Source: an uncultured delta proteobacterium
GTDB taxonomy: Bacteria > Desulfobacterota > Desulfuromonadia > Desulfuromonadales > BM103
DNA: 64,000 nt
Assembly (NCBI GenBank): GCA_963715335.1
Contig: CAVQRZ010000001.1
Location: 128,001-192,000, forward strand
Direction of reading: 5' to 3'
Shown in pieces: positions 41,592-52,720 of the stretch. The translations under genes and the position numbers were made by a program. The notes under the pieces were generated by a model. That model was not told the origin of the DNA. It was given only the letters and a program-made list of their open reading frames with translations, and made no database searches. The stretch's first letter is position 1. Every line of letters begins with the position of its first letter.

Positions 41592-41620
41592 TTGACTTAA
41601 TTGGGGCGATTCCGTATATT
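41592..41620 (+). promoter_or_regulatory. sigma70 promoter for tRNA-Asn
   Basis: TTGACT-17 bp-TATATT, 21 nt upstream of the tRNA. Confidence 0.65.
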
Positions 41621-41641
41621 TCCCCTCCGTTACACAACTGA

Positions 41642-41717
41642 TCCCCGATAGCTCAGCTGGTAGAGCAGCGGACTGTTAATCCGCTTGTCGTTGGTTCGAG
41701 TCCAACTCGGGGAGCCA
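41642..41717 (+). tRNA. tRNA-Asn (anticodon GTT)
   Basis: TCCCCGA/TCGGGGA acceptor stem, gcgga-CTGTTAA-tccgc anticodon arm, GTTCGAGTC and CCA; 76 nt. Confidence 0.97.
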
Positions 41718-41726
41718 TTCATTTGC

Positions 41727-41755
41727 AAGGGCCAGCTGAATTGCTGGCCCTTTTT
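41727..41755 (+). terminator. Terminator after tRNA-Asn
   Basis: aagggccagc..gctggccc followed by a T run. Confidence 0.8.
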
Positions 41756-41794
41756 ATTTTTTTCTCGGTATAGATCGCCGGATTAAGAGACATC

Positions 41795-43399
41795 ATGACA
41801 AGCTTATTATCAAATTCCGTTTTCCTGTTGTTTGCAATCATTATCCTTGGTGAAGGTCTCGGGCATCTTCGGGTCAAGTCTTTCTCGTTCGGCTCCGCTG
41901 CGATCATATTTGTGGCAATGGCCTTTGGCCACTTTGGCTTCATGTTGCCGTCCGAATTCCAGACGCTCGGGCTGGTCCTTTTTATCTATTCCGTCGCGGT
42001 GACTGCCGGGCCGGGCTTTTTCACGTCATTCAAAAAACAGGGGATCAATCTCGCCATCGGGGCCTTAATTATCATCGCCGTCGCCGCAGTGATGACCGTG
42101 CTGAGTTGCTGGTTATTCAATTTTGATGTTTCCACCGGAGCGGGCCTGTTCGCCGGAGCCTTGACCAGCTCACCCGGTCTCGCGGTTGCCGTTGAGGCTG
42201 TGGAAGGAAATGCAGCAGCAGCCTATGGCGTCACCTACGCAGGCGGCATCATCTGTGTGATCGTCTTTGTGAACCTCCTTCCCAGGCTCCTCCGCGTCAA
42301 CATAGAGAGTGAAGAGATGAGCATCAATAAGGAGAGGACCGAGAACAATCCCCCCTTCACCTTTCACCATGTAGAAGTGACCAACACAAATTTGTTCGGC
42401 AAAAAAATTATTGACCTAAAGCTCAGAGAAATTGCACCGGTGGTCCTGACACGTCTGCTTCGGAGAGACGCGAAAGAGCCAATCCTGGTAACGGGTGACA
42501 CCATTCTTTGTGAAGGGGATAAGCTCAGAATCGCGGGACGCGAGAATGATCTGGAGCGGATTCAACTTTTTTTGGGGAAACCCATTGATGGCGAGATAGC
42601 CTTCAACAAAGGGTTGACCAAAAAAAGTATTATCGTTTCAAAGCAAAGCGCTGCGGGACATACTTTGGGTTTTCTGAACTTGAGGGATACCTTTGGAGTC
42701 CAGGTGACACGCATAACGAGAAACGATATTGATCTCCCTGCATCGTCAACCCTTAGGCTCCATATTGGTGACGTCATCCATGCCGTCGGTGAAGAAGATG
42801 CCCTGAAAAACGTAAGCCGGATCCTCGGCAACGATGTCAAGCAAACATACAAAGTCAGTCTTCTTCCCATCCTGATAGGTCTGGTCGCCGGGTTTATCCT
42901 CGGGCAGATTCCTTTAACCCTTCCCTTACTCGGTCGTTTCTCCCTGGGCGTGACTGGTGGGGTTTTGGTTTCAGGACTCATCCTCGGTTCTCTATACAAA
43001 ACGGGTCCGTTTATCTGGGAAATGCCAACCACTGCTAACTCCTTTTTGAGGGAACTTGGTCTCATGTTTTTTCTGGCGACGGTCGGCACCAAGACCGGTG
43101 CCACGATCATAGAGACGGTGACATCTCAGGGAGCTGAACTGATTGTAGCTGGACTTCTCGTGACAATAACGCCAATGATTGCCTGCGTTGTGATGTGCAA
43201 ATATGTCCAAAAAATTCCATTTCTGCGCATGCTCGGTGTTTTGACCGGCGGCATGACAAGTACACCGGGACTAGCGGCCATAAGCTCGTACACCAAGTCA
43301 TCATACCCCTCATCAGCTTACGCAACGGTTTATCCCGTTGGGCTGATCGGGATGATTTTGGGCACCAAAGTTCTCGTCTACATTTTGTCGATCATGTAA
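41795..43399 (+). CDS. AspT/YidE/YbjL family antiporter with two TrkA-C domains
   Basis: Duplicated membrane domains (GLVLFIY..GP.FF, GALTSSPGL, GGMTSTPGL, YATVYP) around a soluble region. Confidence 0.88.
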   Translation: MTSLLSNSVFLLFAIIILGEGLGHLRVKSFSFGSAAIIFVAMAFGHFGFMLPSEFQTLGLVLFIYSVAVTAGPGFFTSFKKQGINLAIGALIIIAVAAVMTVLSCWLFNFDVSTGAGLFAGALTSSPGLAVAVEAVEGNAAAAYGVTYAGGIICVIVFVNLLPRLLRVNIESEEMSINKERTENNPPFTFHHVEVTNTNLFGKKIIDLKLREIAPVVLTRLLRRDAKEPILVTGDTILCEGDKLRIAGRENDLERIQLFLGKPIDGEIAFNKGLTKKSIIVSKQSAAGHTLGFLNLRDTFGVQVTRITRNDIDLPASSTLRLHIGDVIHAVGEEDALKNVSRILGNDVKQTYKVSLLPILIGLVAGFILGQIPLTLPLLGRFSLGVTGGVLVSGLILGSLYKTGPFIWEMPTTANSFLRELGLMFFLATVGTKTGATIIETVTSQGAELIVAGLLVTITPMIACVVMCKYVQKIPFLRMLGVLTGGMTSTPGLAAISSYTKSSYPSSAYATVYPVGLIGMILGTKVLVYILSIM

Positions 43400-43452
43400 A
43401 CAGCGCCTGCCTGTGAGCCTAGACTCCATTGGCTAGATACGAAGGACACGTT

Positions 43453-43626
43453 TTGAACGAATACAAACTGACATTCACCGTAATGATTAAGGAGTTGGAC
43501 GATCCGGCCGCCAGGAAGCAGGCCAAAGGGATTGCGCAAGCAATCGACCAGGTTGTGCCTGGTGCAGAGATGAAACTCCAACAGGTCCACCAGGATCAAC
43601 CCCCGCGAGGTGTACGAATAGTCTAA
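43453..43626 (+). CDS. Small hypothetical protein (~57 aa)
   Basis: AAGGA RBS, TTG start and protein-like composition (NEYKLTFTV..DDPAAR..KLQ). Confidence 0.5.
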   Translation: MNEYKLTFTVMIKELDDPAARKQAKGIAQAIDQVVPGAEMKLQQVHQDQPPRGVRIV

Positions 43627-43639
43627 GGCGTACTGCGTG

Positions 43640-43684
43640 CTGCTAATCCGCTTGTCGTTGGTTCGAGTCCGACCCGGGGAGCCA
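43640..43684 (+). repeat. att-like duplicate of the tRNA-Asn 3' half
   Basis: 42/45 identity to 41673-41717, starting in the anticodon loop and ending in CCA; followed by a terminator at 43691-43719. Confidence 0.9.
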
Positions 43685-43888
43685 TAAAATAAAAAGGCCT
43701 GTTTTTTACAGGCCTTTTTATTCTGTGTGTCCCGTCCTGAAATAAGTTTACACCTGGGAGACTTATTTATGGACAAGGTAGACAGCAAGCGGAAGAGACA
43801 GAGGTCAAATGATGCTGCATATCCGTAAGTCTGAATGAAAGTTTCTTCCCAGTGCCCGCTATCGTCCGGCTCAAAGAGCCATAAAGAC

Positions 43889-43921
43889 AAAGGCGCAATC
43901 CATATTGGATTGCGCCTTTTT
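43889..43921. terminator. Terminator hairpin downstream of the antiporter gene
   Basis: aaaggcgcaatcca-tat-tggattgcgccttttt. Confidence 0.75.
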
Positions 43922-43951
43922 GTTTCCGGACGGCTCACGAAATGCTCCGCG

Positions 43952-45193
43952 CTATGTCCCTGCCTCATTTTCAGCATCAGCCTTCGCTGATCTCTGCACC
44001 AGGGCAAAGCCGACAGTAAACAGCAGGATCGAGAAAACGATACCAGCGAAAACTCCCGAGACCAGGTTTTCCGTATAAGGGACGCCACGTTGAAAAGGGA
44101 CCATCGACAGGACTCCGGCAGCCATGCCTCGCGGGATCGCCACAACCGCAAGGGATTGCTGTGAACGTGACATACCAGATCCCCACAAGGAAAGCTTGAC
44201 CGCCGGCCAGCGGAAAAGCAGCAGCATGACCGCAAAGGCCGCCCCGAGCAGGATCAGGCGCAACTCGGTTGGGAACATCAACCCTATCATGAAGAAGAAG
44301 AATGACTTGATAAAGAAGCTGATGTGCTCATGAACGATCAGGTCAGAGGGGCGATATTCGTAGGAACGCCGCTTGAACCTTCTGATGTGCAAAATTTTTA
44401 GAATCTCAGTCGAGTTGCCGATCAACAGGGCGCTGATCAACACCCCGAGGGCACCATTGCCTCCAGCCAGGTTGACACAGCCGTAAATGATCAGGAAACC
44501 CGCTATAAACACGGTATAGGCATGATCGCTGCCTCGCAATATCGCAAGCAGCGGCGCCAGGGATATGGCACCAATCACACCGAAAACCAAGGCGACCAAA
44601 ACCGCCTGCCCAATGGTGTACAGTGGTGCATCGAGGCGGAAGGTCCCCATGACGATCAGGTCCACGACGCTCAGGGCCATAACCATACAGACCGCGTCGG
44701 TAACACAGGACTCCAGTTCCAGCAAGCGGGCAATCCGGGGGTCGACAGAGCGGTTACTCATGGCCGGGATCACCACCAGGGAGCTGGTCCCACCCATAAT
44801 TGCCCCGACCATGATCCAGTTCATGACATCCGTCGACCGGGTCAGCCCCATCTTTAGGGTTACCAGAAAGAACAGGCAGGACCCGAGAATCACGAACAGA
44901 AACCCGACCAGACCGAGAGTGATGGCGCGGGGAGCCGCTTCGGTGACTTCCGAGATGCGCAGCTTCAGGCCGCCTCCGGCGAGGATTACGACCAGGGCGA
45001 TGGCGCCGAAAAACGGCATGGCCGGCACCAGCATGTCTTTGGATATGACACCCAAAACCGGGCCGGCAATGATCCCGGCAAATACCAGCCAGACCATATC
45101 GGGGATGCCGGAACGGGTAAAGATGTATTCACCCATTGCGCCGAGGATAATGATCAGCGCAATCAGAAAAACCATTTGCATGACGGGATCCAT
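43952..45193 (-). CDS. CPA1/NhaP-type cation:proton antiporter
   Basis: IPD..L...GII.GP, ALVVIL..GG, GGTSS.VV, LELES..TD and PRG.AA motifs. Confidence 0.85.
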   Translation of the reverse strand: MDPVMQMVFLIALIIILGAMGEYIFTRSGIPDMVWLVFAGIIAGPVLGVISKDMLVPAMPFFGAIALVVILAGGGLKLRISEVTEAAPRAITLGLVGFLFVILGSCLFFLVTLKMGLTRSTDVMNWIMVGAIMGGTSSLVVIPAMSNRSVDPRIARLLELESCVTDAVCMVMALSVVDLIVMGTFRLDAPLYTIGQAVLVALVFGVIGAISLAPLLAILRGSDHAYTVFIAGFLIIYGCVNLAGGNGALGVLISALLIGNSTEILKILHIRRFKRRSYEYRPSDLIVHEHISFFIKSFFFFMIGLMFPTELRLILLGAAFAVMLLLFRWPAVKLSLWGSGMSRSQQSLAVVAIPRGMAAGVLSMVPFQRGVPYTENLVSGVFAGIVFSILLFTVGFALVQRSAKADAENEAGT

Positions 45194-45676
45194 AGACGAA
45201 CCTTCCTTGCCTTTGCAGGTACGCACATAGAGAATCAGAGAAATTGCACGGCGGATACTAACAATCTTTGCATGGAAAAGATATCGCAATTTTTAGGTCA
45301 ATCCATGGGCTTTTTTTGACTCAAATCCCGTTTAGAGCGCATTCTGATGCGGGGTCGAATTCTCAATGGCTCTTCCCCTTGCCCACCACTGCCCGGTTCG
45401 GGGAGCCATAAACGCCAGAGGGTTAGCCGTAAAGCTTCCTCTCTATTTCTTTTGCCTTGACGTAAAAAATGATGTAACCGGCGACACTCTAAATATTCAT
45501 AACCTCTATATGCCCATGAAATATTGACTTCAATAATCACGAGACGGAATCATTAGATATAATGTCCATTCGGGAACGATTTTTGTTGCCTTAGCTCATG
45601 CGTTTTCTCCATGGCTGAAGCGTTGCCAGGCCCAACATTACAGCGGGTAGCTGATACTGAGAAAGGTTTTACGTAT

Positions 45677-46498
45677 ATGTGTCGATGGATGGCTTATTCC
45701 GGTCAACCCGTACTCCTTGAAGACCTGTTGTTCAAGGCAAAACACAACCTGATCGACCAGAGCATGTGCTCCAAATCGGCTGAGACCCCCACTAACGGCG
45801 ATGGCTTTGGAGTAGGCTGGTATACCGAGTCGCCAGATCCGGGGATCTTCCGTAGCATTCGCCCGGCATGGAACGACTTCAACCTGCGCGACCTGTCAGC
45901 GCATATCCGTTCGCCCCTTTTTCTCGCCCACGTCCGGGCAACCTCGCAGGCCACCGTGCAGGAGACCAACTGCCACCCGTTTCGCTACAGGAACTGGCTG
46001 TTCGTGCACAATGGTGAAATCTTCGAGGTCGAGAAAGTGCGCCGCGACCTGCTGATGGCGGTCGATCCGGACCTGTTTCCGAAGATCCTCGGCACAACCG
46101 ATTCCGAGGTCATGTTCTTTCTCGCTTTGACTTTCGGGCTCGAGCAGAACCCGCTGCAGGGGCTGGCCAGGATGGCCGGGTTCGTCGAGGAGACTGCCCG
46201 CAAGCGTGGGCTCGGTGAGTCCCTCTGGATGACTGTCGGCGTCACCGACGGCAAAAACCTTTATGCCGTGCGTTACGCCAGCGACGGAGACGCACCGACC
46301 CTTTACCATAACAGGGACATTGAAGCAGTCTGCCATCTCAACCCGGACCTGCGTGAACATTTTGGCGTAAAGGCTCGTGCCATCGTTTCGGAACCTATCG
46401 GCCTGTTCCCTGAAATCTGGCAGGCAGTGCCGCAGAACTCGTCGGTGCATGTCAAAGAGGCCTGTGTTGAGACGCGTCCGTTTGTGCCGTTGGCTTGA
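45677..46498 (+). CDS. Class II glutamine amidotransferase / Ntn hydrolase (EgtC/YafJ-like)
   Basis: N-terminal MCR, NGDGFGVGWY, AHVRA, NCHPF, HNG and TTDSE motifs. Confidence 0.9.
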   Translation: MCRWMAYSGQPVLLEDLLFKAKHNLIDQSMCSKSAETPTNGDGFGVGWYTESPDPGIFRSIRPAWNDFNLRDLSAHIRSPLFLAHVRATSQATVQETNCHPFRYRNWLFVHNGEIFEVEKVRRDLLMAVDPDLFPKILGTTDSEVMFFLALTFGLEQNPLQGLARMAGFVEETARKRGLGESLWMTVGVTDGKNLYAVRYASDGDAPTLYHNRDIEAVCHLNPDLREHFGVKARAIVSEPIGLFPEIWQAVPQNSSVHVKEACVETRPFVPLA

Positions 46499-46553
46499 GC
46501 CGTTCGGCAGCCAGAAACGCTGCCCGGGTTGTTTGCCGGCCCGGGCCGAAGGG

Positions 46554-46751
46554 CAAAAGCTTCCGCTTGACGCGAACATTCAATACGGCAAGATGGCCAA
46601 AACGATCCGGGACAGGACCGAGGCGCCGGTTGCCGATCTTATTGTGCTCGTAACCCATGGCAAAGCCGGAACCCCGGCCTTCTGGGCAAACAGCATTGCG
46701 GCACAGGTGCGGGAACAGACGAATCGACCGTTGCTGCTGGTGCCGGTCTGA
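46554..46751 (+). pseudogene. C-terminal fragment of a universal stress protein domain
   Basis: ADLIVLVTHGKAG..FW..S.A..V....RPLLLVP with no credible start. Confidence 0.6.
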
Positions 46752-46881
46752 GGGTTTGTATGGAAAGGCTTGACCAAGATCGTGACGGACCGATCGACCG
46801 GCGGGGAGAGTTTTCCTCCCAGCCGTTAACGATCCTGAGATATAACGTGGTAGGCGAGTTTCACAAATTCATGAGGTGCGG

Positions 46882-48012
46882 ATGAAGAAAACAATTTTTA
46901 TCGTGGCTGTAGGCCTGGTGGTCGTTGTCGGAGTGCTGGCCGGAAGCAAGTATCTCCAGATCCGGGCGATGGTCGAGCAGGGGAAGCTGTTTACGCCGCC
47001 ACCTGAGGTCGTGACATCGGCAACGGTTATGGCCGAAACCTGGGAGTCTTACTTGACTGCGGTTGGTTCGGTTGATGCGGTACAAGGGGTGACCGTGACC
47101 GCAGAAATGACCGGCAAGGTTGTGCGAATTGCCTTTGAATCCGGCAACCTGGTGTCTGCCGGCGACCTGCTCGTACAGCAGGACATTTCCGCCGAAACCG
47201 CCCAACTGCGAGCGGCAGAGGCGGTATCGGAACTGGCCCGGCTCAACTTCGAGCGCGCCAAGACGATGTTGCCCAACGAAGCTATCTCTCTGTCCGACTA
47301 TGATGGCCTCCAGGCCCAGCTCACCGAAGCCCGTGCCGAGGTGGACAGCCTTCGAGCGATGATCGATAAAAAGACCATTCGGGTCCCCTTCTCAGGTCGT
47401 CTCGGCATTCGCCAGATCAACCTGGGCCAGGTTATCAACGACGGCCAGGCCATTGTCACCTTGCAGTCCCTGGGCCCTGTTTTCGTCAACTTCTTCCTCC
47501 CCCAGCAACAGCTGGCCAAAATCCGCACCGGGCTGCCGGTGCGCCTGAGTTCCGATGCCCTGCCCGGGCAGGACATCAGTGGTGAAATCACGGCTATCGA
47601 GTCGGAGGTAGATACTGCCACCCGCAATATCCGTGTGCAGGCGTTGCTGGCCAACCCTGGCGACCAACTGCGTGCCGGCATGTTTGCCAGTGTATCGGTG
47701 GTGTTGCCGAAGACGGAGGCGGTACTGACCATTCCAGCCACCGCCGTCCTCTATGCGCCATACAGCGACTCGGTCTTCGTCATTGAGGAGAAAAAGGCTG
47801 AGCCGGGTGTGACGGCCGGCAAAGTTGTGCGGCAGCAGTTCGTCAGTCTGGGAGAAAAGCGCGGTGACTTCATCGTAGTGGCAGCCGGGCTGAAGGCCGG
47901 TGATACAATCGTCAGCACCGGCGCATTCAAGCTGCGCAACGGCCAGAGCGTGGTGGTCGATAACAAACTGGCGCCCGACTTCAAACTGGCCCCTCGGCCA
48001 AACGAGGGGTAA
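46882..48012 (+). CDS. RND efflux periplasmic adaptor (MFP)
   Basis: N-terminal TM, G.V..I.F.SG..V..GD.L, IRVPFSGRLG and D..TR motifs. Confidence 0.92.
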   Translation: MKKTIFIVAVGLVVVVGVLAGSKYLQIRAMVEQGKLFTPPPEVVTSATVMAETWESYLTAVGSVDAVQGVTVTAEMTGKVVRIAFESGNLVSAGDLLVQQDISAETAQLRAAEAVSELARLNFERAKTMLPNEAISLSDYDGLQAQLTEARAEVDSLRAMIDKKTIRVPFSGRLGIRQINLGQVINDGQAIVTLQSLGPVFVNFFLPQQQLAKIRTGLPVRLSSDALPGQDISGEITAIESEVDTATRNIRVQALLANPGDQLRAGMFASVSVVLPKTEAVLTIPATAVLYAPYSDSVFVIEEKKAEPGVTAGKVVRQQFVSLGEKRGDFIVVAAGLKAGDTIVSTGAFKLRNGQSVVVDNKLAPDFKLAPRPNEG

Positions 48013-48015
48013 CCG

Positions 48016-51000
48016 ATGAAGTTCACCGATCTTTTTATCCGTCGGCCGGTACTCGCGCTGGTGATCAGCCTGCTGATCATCATCTCCGGCCTGCAGGCCA
48101 TCCGCTCCCTGAATGTCCGCCAGTACCCACGCAGTGACAATGCCGTGGTTACAATCACCACGGTCTATGTCGGCGCGAACGCCGAACTGGTGCGCGGGTT
48201 CATCACCACACCACTGGAACGGGCCGTCGCCGCAGCCGACGGCATCGACTACATCGAGTCGCAAAGCGCCCAGGGATTGTCCACCATCAGCGCCCGGCTT
48301 AAACTCAACTACGACCCGATCAAGGCCCTCTCCGAAATCAGCTCAAAAGTTGATCAGGTGCGCGGCGACCTGCCACCGGAAGCCGAAGTCCCGGTCATCA
48401 ACGTCGAGTCAGCCGACAGCCAGTTTGCCTCCGCCTATCTGAGTTTTACCTCGGATACGCTCAAGCAGAACCAGATTACCGATTACCTGGTGCGCGTCGT
48501 CCAGCCCCGGCTGTCAGCCCTGGAGGGCGTCCAGCGTGCCGACATCCTCGGCGCCCGCACCTTCGCCATGCGCATCTGGCTCAAGCCCGACCGCATGGCG
48601 GCCTTCAATGTCAGCCCGGCACAGGTGGCCCAGGCGCTGACGGCGAATAATTTCCTGGCAGCCGTCGGCAGCACCAAGGGCTCTATGATTCAGGTCAATC
48701 TGACCGCCGACACCAATCTGCAGTCGGTGGAGGAGTTCAAACGCCTGGTGGTGCGTGCCGGAGATGGCGGCATCGTGCGCCTGGAGGATATTGGTGACGT
48801 CGTGCTGGGTGCCGAAAATTATGACACAGAAGTGCGCTTTTCCGGACAGACTGCTGTCTTCATGGGGATCTGGCCATTACCCAACGCCAACTCCCTGGAT
48901 GTGATCAAACGCGCCCGGGTGGAAATGGAAGGGATCGCCGCTCAGCTACCCCAGCGGGCTCGAGGGACGCATAGCCTACGACGGTACCGCCTATATCGAC
49001 AACGCCATTCAAGAGGTCATCAAGACCCTGAGCGAAACCCTGCTGATCGTGGTCGTGATCATCTTCCTGTTTCTGGGGTCGCTGCGCTCGGCCATCATTC
49101 CCGTGGTGGCGATTCCACTGTCGCTGATCGGTGCTGTCTTTCTCATGCAGGTCTTCGGCTTCACAGTCAACCTGTTGACCCTGTTGGCCATCGTGCTCTC
49201 TGTCGGACTGGTGGTGGATGATGCCATCGTGGTGGTGGAAAACGTCGAACGCCACATGAGCAACGGAGAATCCCCCATGCAAGCGGCTATCCTGGGGGCG
49301 CGCGAGCTGGTGAGTCCACTGATCTCCATGACGATCACCCTGGCTGCGGTCTACGCACCGATCGGCTTGCAGGGAGGACTGACTGGCGCATTGTTTCGCG
49401 AATTTGCCTTTACCCTGGCCGGTGCCGTGACCATTTCCGGCATCGTCGCTGTGACCCTGTCGCCGATGATGTCTTCGCAATTGCTCAAGGCCGGCATGAA
49501 CGAACGCGGCTTCGCCGGGAAAGTCGGACGTGATTTCAACCGGCTGCGCAATTTCTATGGCAGGTTGCTGAACAGCAGCCTGAATGCCAGGCCGGCCGTC
49601 TACCTGGCATGGCTGGTGGTCAGCCTGCTGACTATCCCCATGTTCAGCATGTCAGCCAAGGAGTTGGCGCCTGTCGAGGATCAGGGTGTCATCTTCGGCA
49701 TCCTGGACGCGGCCGCCAACTCCACCATCGACCAGACCAGTCACTATGCGGCAGCGGTCAACGAAGCGTTTTTAAGCGTCCCGGAGACCCAGTTTGTCTT
49801 CCAGATCAGTACGCCCTCTTCCGGGTTTGGCGGGATGGTGGTCAAACCCTGGCAGGAGCGTGAACGCAACATTTTCCAGATTATGCCCGAAGTCAGTCAG
49901 AAGTTGCACAATATCCCCGGCATCAGGATGTTCCCGGTCACACCGCCGGCGCTGCCAGGTGGCGGCCAGTTCCCCGTTGAATTCATCCTCGCCTCCACCG
50001 CCGAACCGGAACAGATTCTGGATTTTGCCAGCAAAATCCAGTTCGCCGCCATGAAGAGCGGCATGTTTGCCTTTCCTCCCTATCATCGACGTAAAGATCG
50101 ATCAGCCCCAGTCCGAGCTGATCATCGATCGGGACAAGGTGGCGGACCTGGGCCTAAACCTCAAGCAGGTGGGGGCCGACATGGCGACGATGATCGGCGG
50201 CAACTTTGTCAACCGCTTCAACATCGCTGGCCGCAGCTACAAGGTGATCCCCCAGGTTCAACGCAGCGACCGGCTGAACCCGGAGCAGCTGCGCAACATC
50301 TACGTCACCGGACCCAAGGGTAAGCTGATCCCGCTGAGCACCATCGCCACCATCAGGGACAGCACCGTACCACGCTCGCTAAACCGTTTTCAGCAACTCA
50401 ACGCGGTCAAGATCAGCGGTGTGGCGGTACGCCCACTGGACGAGGCGCTGCGTTTTCTGGAAGGGGAAGCCGCCAAGGTCCTGCCACAGGGGTACGTGCT
50501 CGACTACACCGGTGAGTCCCGCCAGCTGCGTAGCGAAGGCAACAAGTTTATTCAGGCGTTCGCCCTGGCCGTCATCCTGATTTTCCTGGTGCTGGCGGCC
50601 CAATTCAACAGCTTCCGCGATCCCTTCGTCATCCTGGCCGGTTCGGTCCCCCTGGCCATGTTCGGAGCGATGATTTTCACCTTCCTCAAAATGCCCGACC
50701 CCAGCGTCCCCTTCTGGACCCACGGCTGGACCACCACCATGAACATCTACTCCCAGGTGGGGCTCGTCACCCTCGTCGGACTGGTTTCGAAAAACGGGAT
50801 TCTAATTGTCGAATTCGCCAACAAGCTGCAGGAGAAGGGCCGCAGCAAGCGAGAAGCCGTGTATGAAGCGGCGCTGACCCGCTTGCGCCCCATCCTGATG
50901 ACCACCGGGGCCACCATTGCCGGCCACTTCCCGCTGATCCTGGTCACCGGGGCCGGAGCAGCGGCCCGGAATTCGATCGGCCTGGTGCTGGTTGGCGGCA

Positions 51001-51122
51001 TGGCGGTCGGGACGTTGTTTACTCTGTTCATTATTCCGTCTATCTACATGCTGGTGGCCAAGGATCACAGCAAGGACCAGATACAGGCGGACGAGGAGAC
51101 CAAAGCTCTGATCGGGCTGTGA
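48016..51122 (+). CDS. HAE1 RND permease (MexI/MexW-like), with two +1 frameshifts as sequenced
   Basis: FIRRPVLA, GLVVDDAIVVVEN, KNGILIVEFA and RLRPILMT; frames join if one C is removed at 48949-48952 and one base at 50078-50081. Confidence 0.9.
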
Positions 51123-51235
51123 TTTAGGGCAACCGCAACACCCGGTGCTGGAGTTTGCCGCGGCAGCCTGCCGGCCAACGTGGCTGGCCAAACAACCCGG
51201 TCGATCGATGGAACAGAACGAGAAATGGAGGATGA

Positions 51236-52666
51236 GTGAAAGCGACAGACTTGATGATGTTGATCATCTTGATACTTTGCCCCATGCTGTTGACTGCCTG
51301 CACGATCGGGCCGGATTATGTCAGGCCGACTCCGGTGGAGACCATGCCGACCGCCTACAAGCAGCTGGAAGGCTGGAAGCTGGCGCAGCCCCAGGACGAC
51401 CAACTGACCGAGCGCTGGTGGGAAATCTACCAGGACCCGGTGCTAAACTCTCTGCTGGAGCAGGTCGCCGTATCGAACTTCAATGTCGCTGCTGCCGCAG
51501 CCCGGTTCCGCCAGGCACGCGCCCAGGTACAGGCTGCCAGGGCCGGCTACTTTCCCACGGTTTCGATCGGGGCTGCGGCCAGCCGGTCGCAGCAATCCGG
51601 GAGCATCGGGGCCAGAACCAGTGAGACCTCGCCAACCTCGAATTTTCTTCTGCCACTTGATTTAAGCTGGGAGCTGGACCTCTGGGGCAGGGTCAAGCGC
51701 GAGGTCGAATCGAGTCAAGCCTCCTTTCAGGCCAGCGCCGCGGACCTGGCGGCCGTGACCTTGAGCATTCAAGCGGAACTTGCGAGCAACTATTTTCAGC
51801 TGTGCGTGCTGGATGCACAACTGCAGCTTCTCGAAGCCACGACAGAGGTTTACAAAAAATCGCTGGAGTTGACAAATCATCGTCATGCAGCTGGCTTTGC
51901 CCTCAAAACAGATACCCTGCAGGCCGAGACGCAGCTCAAAGGCGCCGAAGCACAGGTTTTCGATATCCGTTTGCAGCGCATCCAGCTGGAACATGCCATC
52001 GCCCTGCTGATCGGCAAGCCCCCCGAAGCCTTTTCCCTGCCATCCACGGCACTGACCACTGCGATTCCCGCCATTCCAACCGGGCTGCCCTCCGAGCTTC
52101 TCGAACGTCGTCCCGATATCGCCTCGGCGGAGCGCCGGGTCGCTGTGGCCAACGCACAGATAGGCCTGGCCAAGGCCGCCTATTATCCCACCGTCCGACT
52201 CTCCGCGACAGCGGGCTATGAGGCCTCGCAACTTTCCAACTTGCTGAACTGGCCAAGCCGCTTCTGGGCGATCGGCCCCGCGCTTTCGGAAACCCTGGTC
52301 GACGGTGGCTTGCGCAGCGCCCTGTCCGAACAAGCCCTGGCCGCCTATGACGAGACCGTGGCCAACTACCGGGAGGCTGTACTGACCGGCTTCCGCGAGG
52401 TGGAAGATAACCTGGCGGCACTCAGTATCCTGGAGCAACAAGCTCAGGTTCGCAACCAGGCGCTCAAGGCTGCGCGACAGGTCGTCACCATCACCACGAG
52501 CCAGTACAAAGCCGGAACCGTAACTTATCTCAACGTACTGGTCGTTCAGGCCATTGCGCTTGCCAATGAACGAATCGCCCTGGACCTTATTGGTCGGCAA
52601 CTGACTGCCAGCGTCTTGTTGGTTAAGGCACTAGGCGGCGGATGGCAGCCAAAGGAATCGTCTTGA
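51236..52666 (+). CDS. Outer membrane efflux lipoprotein (NodT/OprM family)
   Basis: Lipobox LLTAC-TIGPDY, SWELDLWG, LLERRPDI and KALGGGW motifs. Confidence 0.92.
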   Translation: MKATDLMMLIILILCPMLLTACTIGPDYVRPTPVETMPTAYKQLEGWKLAQPQDDQLTERWWEIYQDPVLNSLLEQVAVSNFNVAAAAARFRQARAQVQAARAGYFPTVSIGAAASRSQQSGSIGARTSETSPTSNFLLPLDLSWELDLWGRVKREVESSQASFQASAADLAAVTLSIQAELASNYFQLCVLDAQLQLLEATTEVYKKSLELTNHRHAAGFALKTDTLQAETQLKGAEAQVFDIRLQRIQLEHAIALLIGKPPEAFSLPSTALTTAIPAIPTGLPSELLERRPDIASAERRVAVANAQIGLAKAAYYPTVRLSATAGYEASQLSNLLNWPSRFWAIGPALSETLVDGGLRSALSEQALAAYDETVANYREAVLTGFREVEDNLAALSILEQQAQVRNQALKAARQVVTITTSQYKAGTVTYLNVLVVQAIALANERIALDLIGRQLTASVLLVKALGGGWQPKESS

Positions 52667-52720
52667 GCATAGTTTTTACTGTCAGAAAAGGATGCCAATA
52701 ACATTGTGTTGGAGGCCCAG

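Larger units (their letters stand above)
41718..43684. mobile_element. Integrase-less genomic islet at tRNA-Asn
   Basis: Bounded by the tRNA 3' 45 nt (41673-41717) and a 42/45 copy at 43640-43684. Confidence 0.7.

Noticed and set aside
43640..43684. Second functional tRNA
   Set aside because: It lacks the 5' acceptor strand and D-arm, and the anticodon is altered; it is an att-like fragment.
45300..45600. Possible c-di-GMP/GEMM or other riboswitch upstream of the NhaP gene
   Set aside because: Only scattered short matches were found, and the conserved P1/P2 motifs could not be assembled.
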